From positions 21,722-85,721 of the forward strand of contig JAUYOV010000006.1 of assembly GCA_030697795.1 (NCBI GenBank): a DNA stretch of 64,000 nucleotides, given 5' to 3'. The notes beneath the pieces are model-generated. The model did not search any database. It worked only from the letters and a program-made list of their open reading frames with translations, and was not told the DNA's origin. The DNA comes from a bacterium. Its GTDB lineage: Bacteria > Patescibacteriota > Minisyncoccia > JACQLN01. Made by a program: the position numbers and the translations under genes. This document shows, piece by piece, positions 56,433-64,000 of the stretch. Within the stretch, counting starts at the first letter, position 1; each line of letters begins with the position of its first letter.

Positions 56433-56885
56433 CTATTTAGACTTTAAATGATCTATAAAAAGAGTTCCATTTAAGTGATCCACCTCGTGAAGTATTAAGC
56501 GCGCCAATAGGCCTTTAACGCGAATTTTAAATTTTTCGCCTTTTTCATCTATAGCTTTTACAGTAACTTTGTCGGCTCGGGGCAGTTCGTGCCATTCGCC
56601 GGGCAAACTTAAACAGCCTTCCTCTTCGGAAACCAATTTTTTAGAAATTTGAGTGATTTTTGGATTAATAAAAACTGTATGCCCATCTTTGGCTATTTCC
56701 TCGGCGGCTATAAATAAACAAATATTTTTGCCAATTTGCGATGCAGCTAAACCCACGCCATTTTCAGCTTTTAACAAAACTTCTTTCATTTCTTTAATTA
56801 GCTTTAAAATTTCCGGCGTGATTTCTTTAACTGGTTCGGACTTTGAGCGCAATATTTTATTTTTTTGACCTGTAATTATTTCCAT
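56433..56885 (-). CDS. def: peptide deformylase
   Basis: GVGLAASQIG, EGCLSLPG, HEVDHLNG. Confidence 0.9.
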   Translation of the reverse strand: MEIITGQKNKILRSKSEPVKEITPEILKLIKEMKEVLLKAENGVGLAASQIGKNICLFIAAEEIAKDGHTVFINPKITQISKKLVSEEEGCLSLPGEWHELPRADKVTVKAIDEKGEKFKIRVKGLLARLILHEVDHLNGTLFIDHLKSK

Positions 56886-56886
56886 A

Positions 56887-57174
56887 TTATTTTGGAAAGT
56901 CTTTTATTATTTTTCCTATTGGTTTTTTAACTAAGCCTTTTAAAGCTCCAAAAAAGTATTTTCCACGCGCTTCCAAAGGTAAGTTTATTTTTTCTATAAC
57001 TCTTTTAGCCAGACCCCTTAAATCGCTTTCGTGGTAAAGTTTGGCGATCCCTAAATAGGCTGCGAATTTTTTAGGTTCGCGCATCAAGCGGGAAAGATCT
57101 TCGGCTAACAGATGCTCTTTTGAATGAAGCTTTTTGTTAACCTTATTGTTTCTTATTATATCGCCAATGCGCAT
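56887..57174 (-). CDS. hypothetical protein
   Basis: ORF adjacent to def. 1-nt spacing. Confidence 0.35.
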   Translation of the reverse strand: MRIGDIIRNNKVNKKLHSKEHLLAEDLSRLMREPKKFAAYLGIAKLYHESDLRGLAKRVIEKINLPLEARGKYFFGALKGLVKKPIGKIIKDFPK

Positions 57175-57240
57175 ATTTTGCTTGTTTTTATAGTAGCAAT
57201 TTACTGGCTATTTGCAAAACAATTAAGTATAATTTGAGCC

Positions 57241-58206
57241 ATGAAGGTAGCATTTGCTGGCACCAGTGAGTTTGCCGTCCCTATATTAAAAACCATAACA
57301 TCTCAAACAAATTGGGATGTGGCTTTGGTTATTTCCGAACCCGCCAAAGCTTCCGGCAGAAAAAATCAGTTAATAGCTTCCCCTATCTCTAAACTTGCCC
57401 AAGAGTTAAATCTAAATTTGTTAACTCCAGTTTCTATTAAGGATATTAAAGAAGATATTTTGAAGTCAAATCTCGATATTTTAGTCGTGGTTTCTTATGG
57501 CCAGATTTTGCCAAAAGATATTATATGTTTACCTAAATACAAAACTGTAAATATTCATCCATCGCTTTTGCCGCGCTTGCGCGGGGCTTCGCCCATTCAA
57601 ACAGCTTTAGCCCAAGGTTTAACCGAAACTGGTGTGTCGCTAATGCTAATAGACGGAAAAGTAGATCACGGCCCAATAATTTCGCAAGAGGTTTTTTTAA
57701 TTGATCAATCCGAAAATTACTTAACCCTAGAATTTAAATTAGCCCAAATAGGCGCGTCAATGTTTGTGCGCGATTTACCTAAGTATGTTTCGGGTGAACT
57801 CCAACCACAACCTCAAGACGATTCTCAAGCAACTTTTACTAAGATGCTTAAGAAAGAAGATGGTTTGGTTGATTGGTCTAAATCAGCCGATGATATTTAC
57901 AATCAATGGCGCGCCTACCTAAACTGGCCGGGTGTTTATACTTTTTTTAAAGATAAGTCTGGCCGTACTATCCGTCTTAAGCTGATTGAAGTCGAACTTC
58001 AATCAGCAGATCAATCAATATATGCGACATCGGATGTCGCATATAGAGTGGGTAAGGTTTTTACAGATGAATCTAAAAATCTTTATATTGCTTGTCGCAA
58101 AGACGCAATAAAACTAATTAGAGTTCAGGTAGAAAACTCTAAAGTTTTAACTGCAAGCGAATTCTTAAACGGTCACGGCTATGTAGTGAGTCAAAAATTA
58201 GAATAA
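57241..58206 (+). CDS. fmt: methionyl-tRNA formyltransferase
   Basis: NIHPSLLPRLRGASPIQ. N-terminal formyltransferase domain plus C-terminal domain. Divergent from def. Confidence 0.9.
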   Translation: MKVAFAGTSEFAVPILKTITSQTNWDVALVISEPAKASGRKNQLIASPISKLAQELNLNLLTPVSIKDIKEDILKSNLDILVVVSYGQILPKDIICLPKYKTVNIHPSLLPRLRGASPIQTALAQGLTETGVSLMLIDGKVDHGPIISQEVFLIDQSENYLTLEFKLAQIGASMFVRDLPKYVSGELQPQPQDDSQATFTKMLKKEDGLVDWSKSADDIYNQWRAYLNWPGVYTFFKDKSGRTIRLKLIEVELQSADQSIYATSDVAYRVGKVFTDESKNLYIACRKDAIKLIRVQVENSKVLTASEFLNGHGYVVSQKLE

Positions 58207-58208
58207 TT

Positions 58209-58649
58209 TTATCCAAATACCCAATTTAAAAGTTTGTTTTCAATCTTGTTCATTAAGTTTGTATCAGTAATTTTGCCTATTAGTTTATTCTGGGACAGGA
58301 CATTTCCGTCAATTCTTGTGGCCTGACAAATAACAGCTCTCATTGGTACTCTATAAGTAATGTCGCTATGCAAAAAAGTATAATCACTAATTTTAATTAT
58401 TTCATTAAATCTGTCTTCAATCATCCCCGATTTAGATAATGGTATTGCAAAAGCCATACTTTTAAACCACGACACTTGATCCAGCCATAATATTGCCGGT
58501 CTTGGTTTTGCTATAATGTTTGTGACTATATTTTTATTACCACAAAACTGGCATGGGTAATCTAAAATAGAAAAGGGTCTATTGCATTTTGAGCAACTGA
58601 TTATTTCTGGAAATTTGGTAACAAAAATAATATCCCATTTATTGAACAT
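58209..58649 (-). CDS. MazF/PemK-fold toxin with inserted CxxC...CxxC zinc ribbon
   Basis: KWDIIFVTKFP / KPRPAILWL / AFAIPLSKS / ..ICQATRIDGNVLSQNKLIGKITDTNLMNKIENKLLNWV align to MazF beta-strands and the C-terminal helix. CSKC..17..CQFCG lies in the S1-S2 loop. Confidence 0.55.
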   Translation of the reverse strand: MFNKWDIIFVTKFPEIISCSKCNRPFSILDYPCQFCGNKNIVTNIIAKPRPAILWLDQVSWFKSMAFAIPLSKSGMIEDRFNEIIKISDYTFLHSDITYRVPMRAVICQATRIDGNVLSQNKLIGKITDTNLMNKIENKLLNWVFG

Positions 58650-58654
58650 AATAT

Positions 58655-59191
58655 CTAAAACGGTAGATCAGATAACACAGCTTTTTCTTCTTCTGAATTT
58701 GAATCAGTTCCTTTCGCTATGTCCAGCAGAGAATCCATTTTTGAGTTTTTTACGATTGGCAAATTATAAATAATATCCAAAAGATTCTGTAAACTCAAAT
58801 TTCCAAAAGAATCGGCCACTTCATCAATAACTAATAGTTTTTCCGGTCCAAGAGATTTAAGTAGCTTTTCCTTAATTGGAATATGCTTTTTTAAATGATA
58901 TCTTGTATATTTTTTAACGCTATTGGATAGAAGTGGAAATTCCTTCGCTTCAATGTAGTTTAAACTAATCAGCTGGTTAGTATATTTATCTAACTCTACG
59001 GAATATGGACCATGTTTATATCTCTTATATTCTATCGAAGTTATTTTAGTTTTTAATTTTTTCATGGCTAACAAATCTGCTAAAAACAAAAGTTTTTGTA
59101 GATGAGTTTTTCCTAATATTCCGTCAAGTCTAGAAATAAAATAAAAAACGACCCCAAGAGTATTTTTATCTAATGTTTGCCCAGTTTTCAT
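58655..59191 (-). CDS. Panacea (DUF4065)-domain putative antitoxin
   Basis: ..KTHLQKLLFLADLL.. is the signature helix of DUF4065/SocA-like proteins. Sits 5 nt upstream of the toxin gene. Confidence 0.6.
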   Translation of the reverse strand: MKTGQTLDKNTLGVVFYFISRLDGILGKTHLQKLLFLADLLAMKKLKTKITSIEYKRYKHGPYSVELDKYTNQLISLNYIEAKEFPLLSNSVKKYTRYHLKKHIPIKEKLLKSLGPEKLLVIDEVADSFGNLSLQNLLDIIYNLPIVKNSKMDSLLDIAKGTDSNSEEEKAVLSDLPF

Positions 59192-59263
59192 AGATTTGAA
59201 CCTTTATCTTATTTAATTATAGCTCTTATGTAACAAGAAACAAAATTGTCGTTACATGAGTTT

Positions 59264-61957
59264 TTAATTAACCCCCTTTACAATTTTAATCTCCTCTTCC
59301 GTTAAGCCGTAAAGTTTATAGACTTCCACATCAATTTTTTTATCAGTTTTTTCTATTTCGGATTTAATTTTATTGTATTCGTTGGAGTTTTTTTCAACTT
59401 CGTGTAATTCCTTGTTAAGCAAGAGAATATTGTCCACCAAAATAATGATCTGTTTTTGCTGGTCAGTTGTTGCTTTATAAATTGGGAATCGAGCAAGTTC
59501 ATTAACTTTAAATTGTGGAAAAATCTTTCTTTGAAATTTATCAAAGGTTTTGGCAAACCACTGAGAAATAAGTTTTGAATTTAAAATCGCAAGGATATAT
59601 TTAAGATTGAATTCTTTTAATGGAGAAAAAATAACCATGCTATTTATATCGTTCAAGTATTCATCATCAATGAATACTGCATTGACACAATATGGAAGTG
59701 GCGATGGTATTTGCCTCACCAAAATTCTTTGGCCACTAAAAGGTACTGATTTCCTTGGTTCTGCTAGCCAATTTCCATAACTTAAATACTCTCCTGACCA
59801 ATCCAATAAATATCGCTTTACATCAACACCCTGAAGATATGGCCTAAAAGTATCGTTTTCTTTTTTACCAGAGTGAAATCTTCTTTCTTTTTTAATTTTC
59901 TCATCCTGAATGGGATTACCCTTACCAATTTGATAAGCTTTCAAACCTGTAGAAACCTCTGCAATTTCGCCGAGAAGAACTGTATTTTTAAGTTCAAGTG
60001 AGTCTTGTTTATTTTTTGTCTGAGAAATATTTATAACAAATTCATTTTGGTAAAAATCTTCAAGTTTGTGTTTAGATAAAATTGGGTTTTCACCAACTAA
60101 AATATCACCAACTTCAATATCTGTTGAGTCTGCTTTTCTAAAAAGCAAAAGACATGTATCCACACTAGCTTTGTTAAATATACTCTCAACCGTATTTATG
60201 ATTCTTAAGTCTGCAGTATTTTTTAGCAAAAACTCTCTAAGTTTGGAAAATGAATTTATAGTTAGCCAATTATTAGGAATAATATAACCAAAATCACCAT
60301 TTTTCTTAAGCAAGTTAAAACCTAATTCAATAAACAATGAGAAAGTATTTATTTGATATTGTTGTAATTTATAATTAGCGTAATAATATTCTTTTTCATT
60401 CTCATCAAAATTTCCACCTCGCGCAAAAATATAAGGCGGATTTCCTATAATCACATCGAACCCACCTTGTTTAAATACTTCTGGAAATTTTTCTCGCCAA
60501 TTAAAAGGCTTTTTGTCTTTAAAATTACTGCCGAAATATTTTTTAAGTTCTTCGTCTGTGCCCGAAATTAAAGAATTGCCATTTTTAATATTGCTTAAAG
60601 ATGGAAGTTTTTCTTTATCTTTTAAAACGCTTATCAATAAATTTAATCTGGCTATATCTACGGCTTTTTCGTCTAAATCTACGCCATAAATATTTTGAAT
60701 CAATATTTGTAAGCGAGTGCGCGTGTTATCTGGCGCGTTAAAATCTTTGTATTTCTCGGCAATAAGTTCTACTGCCTTAACCAAAAATGAACCCGAACCG
60801 CAAGCAGGGTCTAGTACTTTAATTTTTTGTAAATCGTAAATACTTTGGCACTTTTCTAAAACAGGTCCAAGAGCGTTTTTAACTATGTAATCAACTATAA
60901 AATCAGGCGTATAATAAATGCCCTGTTCTTTGCGTTTTTTGGCATCTTTAGCAACAGAAACTCCTTTTTTAGATTCTTCCAAGCGGTAACTTAAATAGTT
61001 TTCGTATACACCACCCAAAATATCTGCTGGAATAAATTTAAAATCATACTCGTAATAACCGTGTTTGCCATATAAAATATCTATTACTTCTTCGGTAGCT
61101 TCGTCATGTTCTTCCCATTTTTCAAAAGGATGTTCAGAAAATAGGTTAGAGTTATAAAATTCATTCAACTCTCTAAACTTAGAAACCATTCCTTGGTATA
61201 GGTCTTCTCTTTTTTCGTTAGATTTCCAACCACGAACCAATTCCTTTAAAATTGGTGGCTCTAAACCCCTGTCTTCGGCAACTCTTAAAAAAACCAGCCT
61301 GTCTAAAAGTTTTTGAACACCTTCATCAATTAAGTCAGTGGATAGATTATCATTATGTATTTTAAAACTTTTCGTAAGCAAAAGCCTGCATTCTTGAATA
61401 TCTTTATATAGCTTATCCCCCACAGAAACCTTCTGGAGCCGTTTGGAATACTTATCAGCATATTTATCTAGCCCTTTATCTAAAAAAGATTGTTTTGATA
61501 ATAATTGTAATCGATCAAAATCTTCCAAATAATTTTTGTAATCAATTTGAAAAATCAATCGATCGGCCAACGCGCCTTCTATCAGTTGTGAACTGAATAC
61601 TTTTATACTTTCAAAATCTGTAAGAACAGCATAATCAACTCCTTTGTTCCAAGAATATCTCATGGCCTGCCAAGCATATTCTTCTCTGTTTAAATCTGCC
61701 CTAAGAGGTTTGGCTTCAACATAAAGAACTGGGCGACTGTTTAAATGAAAACCATAATCAACTCGCCCGCCAGATATTTGGCTTTCTTCAGCAGAAACTT
61801 CATTTCTATTGGTAATATCCCAACCTAAAGCCTCAAAGAGTGGCGCGATAAAACTATGCTTAGTGTCTTGTTCTGTATAAGCTTGAACTCTGCCAGAACT
61901 AACCGCTTCTTCGTATTTTTTAATTAACGCTTCTATTTTTATTTTTGCTTCATCCAT
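59264..61957 (-). CDS. type IIG/IIL restriction-modification enzyme (MmeI-like: PD-ExK nuclease + gamma-class N6-adenine MTase + TRD)
   Basis: N-terminal D..(V)EAK nuclease motif (VDYGF....LYVEAKPL), MTase motif I VLDPACGSGSFL, motif IV IGNPPYIF. 897 aa. Confidence 0.7.
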   Translation of the reverse strand: MDEAKIKIEALIKKYEEAVSSGRVQAYTEQDTKHSFIAPLFEALGWDITNRNEVSAEESQISGGRVDYGFHLNSRPVLYVEAKPLRADLNREEYAWQAMRYSWNKGVDYAVLTDFESIKVFSSQLIEGALADRLIFQIDYKNYLEDFDRLQLLSKQSFLDKGLDKYADKYSKRLQKVSVGDKLYKDIQECRLLLTKSFKIHNDNLSTDLIDEGVQKLLDRLVFLRVAEDRGLEPPILKELVRGWKSNEKREDLYQGMVSKFRELNEFYNSNLFSEHPFEKWEEHDEATEEVIDILYGKHGYYEYDFKFIPADILGGVYENYLSYRLEESKKGVSVAKDAKKRKEQGIYYTPDFIVDYIVKNALGPVLEKCQSIYDLQKIKVLDPACGSGSFLVKAVELIAEKYKDFNAPDNTRTRLQILIQNIYGVDLDEKAVDIARLNLLISVLKDKEKLPSLSNIKNGNSLISGTDEELKKYFGSNFKDKKPFNWREKFPEVFKQGGFDVIIGNPPYIFARGGNFDENEKEYYYANYKLQQYQINTFSLFIELGFNLLKKNGDFGYIIPNNWLTINSFSKLREFLLKNTADLRIINTVESIFNKASVDTCLLLFRKADSTDIEVGDILVGENPILSKHKLEDFYQNEFVINISQTKNKQDSLELKNTVLLGEIAEVSTGLKAYQIGKGNPIQDEKIKKERRFHSGKKENDTFRPYLQGVDVKRYLLDWSGEYLSYGNWLAEPRKSVPFSGQRILVRQIPSPLPYCVNAVFIDDEYLNDINSMVIFSPLKEFNLKYILAILNSKLISQWFAKTFDKFQRKIFPQFKVNELARFPIYKATTDQQKQIIILVDNILLLNKELHEVEKNSNEYNKIKSEIEKTDKKIDVEVYKLYGLTEEEIKIVKGVN

Positions 61958-61971
61958 AAACTTACTTCTTG

Positions 61972-62766
61972 TTAATGATGTTTTCTAAAAATAGAAGTGA
62001 GGACAAAGGTTAAAAAGAAGATGCTGGCGCTGACTAAAATTATGGTAGGCCCCGGCGGAGAATTCAGAGTTGTAGTTGTAACTAAACCTAGCAAAACCGA
62101 GAGAAGACCAAAAATCATGCTCCATGCAGTCATAGTGCGGATTTGAAAGCTAAAGAGCTTAGCCGTAGCGGCGGGAATTATTATTAAAGCACTTATTAAT
62201 AAAGTTCCCACTAATTTAATACCCATAGCTACGCCCAGTGACAGCAATAATACGAAAAACATTTCGTATTTTTTTACATTTATTTTATCTACTTTGGCTA
62301 AATCCGGCGCGAAAGAAACAAAAGCAAAGTTTCTAAATTTAAGAAGCAAACTAACAATTATAACTATGGCCAGTATGGCCGACAACAAAACATCGCCCCG
62401 TGTTAGGTTTTCTATATTGCCTAAAAATGTTTCTAAAAGTTCTTCCGAAGGTATTAAAAGCGAACCTAGCGCTAAAGAAGTTGTAAAGAAGACTCCTATA
62501 ATTGCGTCTAAACCCAAATTCGCCTTGCCTTTTAAGAAAGAAATAACTAAACCGGCCAGCAAGGCAAAAGCCAGTATGCCCAAAAGCGCATTTATTTTAA
62601 ACGTAATAGAGAGGGCAATACCCAAAAGAATAATATGTGCCACCGCATCCGAAAGCAAAGCTTCTCGGCGCAGTATTACAAAAACGCCTAGCAAAGGCAA
62701 AGAAAGCCCTAACGATAAACTTATTAGTACGGGATAGATGTTATTTAAGATTTCAAGCCAATTCAT
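61972..62766 (-). CDS. ABC-3 family metal (Zn/Mn) transporter permease
   Basis: 8 TM ZnuB/MntB-like. Confidence 0.75.
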   Translation of the reverse strand: MNWLEILNNIYPVLISLSLGLSLPLLGVFVILRREALLSDAVAHIILLGIALSITFKINALLGILAFALLAGLVISFLKGKANLGLDAIIGVFFTTSLALGSLLIPSEELLETFLGNIENLTRGDVLLSAILAIVIIVSLLLKFRNFAFVSFAPDLAKVDKINVKKYEMFFVLLLSLGVAMGIKLVGTLLISALIIIPAATAKLFSFQIRTMTAWSMIFGLLSVLLGLVTTTTLNSPPGPTIILVSASIFFLTFVLTSIFRKHH

Positions 62767-62785
62767 TAGGCTAAATTTTTAATTT

Positions 62786-63547
62786 CTAATTACTAATTTC
62801 TAAACTCGGATGATCGTGTTCCAAACCATGCGCGTGTTTATGAACCGAAGCGTGATGGCCAAAAATTTCCTGCAAGGTCTCGGGTGTTAAAGTTTCTTGA
62901 GGCGTACCTTGGCAAACCAAGTCTTTATTTAAACAAATAACTTTAGTGGCAAATCTATAAACGATGGAAAGTTCATGCGAAACCATAACCATAGTCATAT
63001 TCAATTTTTTATATAAATCGTAAAGCAGGTTATAAACAGTTTCTTCGGTGCTAATGTCTATGCCAGCGGCTGGTTCATCAAAGAAAATAAGTTTAGGATT
63101 TTCTAGTAAACTTCGGGCTATAAGCATTCTTTGCATTTCGCCTTGAGAAAGATCGCCTAGCCTTTCGTTTATTAAGTGGCCAATTTTAACATCGTCTAGT
63201 CTTTGTTTAATCTCGTTTTCTTTCTTTTTGTTGGGCAACCAAAAATTTAGATCATTGCCTGTTTCAAACAAGAAAAATTCTTTAACGGTTAAAGGAAAAC
63301 CTTTTTCAAAAGATATTTTTTGAGGCACATAACTGGTTTCGGGTTTTTTATGCCAAGTAATGTCGCCCGTATAATTTGAATCTAAACCCAAAATACTGCG
63401 CACCAACATGGTTTTACCGGCGCCATTGGGGCCAATAATAGCTAAAATATCACCCTCAACAATATCAAAGGTGACATTTTTTAGAATTTGCTTTTTACCA
63501 AAACCAAAACCTAAGTTTTTTACGCTTATTATTTTTTCGGCCATCAA
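62786..63547 (-). CDS. metal ABC transporter ATP-binding protein with His-rich C-terminal tail
   Basis: Walker A GPNGAGKT, signature LSQGEMQR, Walker B IFFDEP. C-terminal HHASVHKHAHGLEHDHP. Confidence 0.8.
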   Translation of the reverse strand: MMAEKIISVKNLGFGFGKKQILKNVTFDIVEGDILAIIGPNGAGKTMLVRSILGLDSNYTGDITWHKKPETSYVPQKISFEKGFPLTVKEFFLFETGNDLNFWLPNKKKENEIKQRLDDVKIGHLINERLGDLSQGEMQRMLIARSLLENPKLIFFDEPAAGIDISTEETVYNLLYDLYKKLNMTMVMVSHELSIVYRFATKVICLNKDLVCQGTPQETLTPETLQEIFGHHASVHKHAHGLEHDHPSLEISN

Positions 63548-63558
63548 CTAAAATTTTT

Positions 63559-64000
63559 TTAGTTAGTAAACTTGAGCGTATCGGCCACCAAATTATGGAA
63601 AGATCTTTGTTCTGTATTTAAGCCATCGGATTCCATAAAATCTGTTTGTAATTGTACTACAGATTTGTCTTTTAATACATATGTAATCAGGGTAGTTGCT
63701 TTTTCGGCTGGCAAATATTCTTCGCGCCTAATGGCAGCGTTGCCATCTAGGGTTATTTTTTCTTCTTTAATTAAATAAAAACTATCATCTTCGGCATTAG
63801 CTGTGTCTATATCTTTTAAAAGAGATTCAACATCTGTATATTTTTCGTTTGATCTGGCCATCACTTTTAATATCGTTTTTTGATCTGGGCTGGCTACATA
63901 TAAATTTTCTTCGCCCACAAAGCCTCCGCCATAAGTTACGCGCCAGCTATAGGGATATTTAATTTGGAAGAGATTATTTGTTTTTGTTTGGTATAAGTAC
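63559..64000 (-). CDS. hypothetical protein, 5'-partial (frame open to window end)
   Basis: No stop in frame through position 64000. First gene of the metal ABC operon by position. Confidence 0.35.
   Translation of the reverse strand, partial: YLYQTKTNNLFQIKYPYSWRVTYGGGFVGEENLYVASPDQKTILKVMARSNEKYTDVESLLKDIDTANAEDDSFYLIKEEKITLDGNAAIRREEYLPAEKATTLITYVLKDKSVVQLQTDFMESDGLNTEQRSFHNLVADTLKFTN

Noticed and set aside
1-64000. CRISPR arrays, rRNA genes, transposase/integrase genes, reverse transcriptase
   Set aside because: No regularly spaced repeat-spacer array, no rRNA-like conserved blocks, and no ORF with transposase, integrase or RT (YxDD) signatures was found in the six-frame translations.

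Overview
This is a low-GC (about 35-38%) bacterial chromosomal window that uses TGA as a stop codon (code 11). Its gene content and architecture fit a small-genome Candidate Phyla Radiation / Patescibacteria-like organism; this is inference from content and cannot be confirmed without databases. Signs are small proteins, a reduced dcw cluster (murG / ftsW / mraY / dacA-like), a short AspRS, a lemA-htpX pair, a family-5 SBP, and many small membrane proteins.

Housekeeping genes recognised: ctpA (S41), rplI, rpmA, ychF, a phosphohexomutase, RNase J, secG, uvrC, uvrA, groES/groEL, lemA, htpX, a GT2 Dol-P-Man-synthase-like gene, an M23 peptidase, gltX, murG, ftsW, mraY, a DD-carboxypeptidase, scpB/scpA, aspS, a histidine kinase, plsC, def, fmt, and znuBC-like ABC genes. 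RNA genes are tRNA-Lys(UUU), tRNA-Leu(CAG) and tRNA-Ser(GGA).

Standout observations:
1. A GC-rich insert between lemA and htpX carries a 197-aa ORF. Its last ~122 bp (variable repeat) is duplicated about 385 bp downstream as a non-coding template-like repeat. Every one of the ~30 differences between the two copies sits at an adenine of the non-coding copy. That is the signature of a diversity-generating retroelement, but no RT or avd gene lies in the window.
2. At least three families of short GC-rich palindromic/hairpin elements show compensatory arm variation. They occur intergenically as terminators and also in-frame inside conserved genes, in the manner of Rickettsia palindromic elements: three in uvrA, one in murG, one in the phosphohexomutase, one in aspS.
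3. A GC-rich island (16.9-18.95 kb) is bracketed by two of these palindromes. It carries an unknown ORF plus a roughly 500-nt structured, ORF-poor segment with a consensus sigma70 promoter and near-identical flanking terminators; this is a candidate novel ncRNA.
4. A defence island holds a MazF/PemK-fold toxin with an inserted zinc ribbon, a Panacea(DUF4065)-type antitoxin, and an MmeI-like type IIG RM enzyme. HicBA and RHH-RelE pairs lie elsewhere.
5. A decayed integration site sits at tRNA-Ser (a tRNA 3' fragment ending CCA plus an xre C-terminal fragment).
6. A D-aminoacylase occupies the murD slot of the dcw cluster, and two tandem giant secreted PG-binding proteins share end modules.
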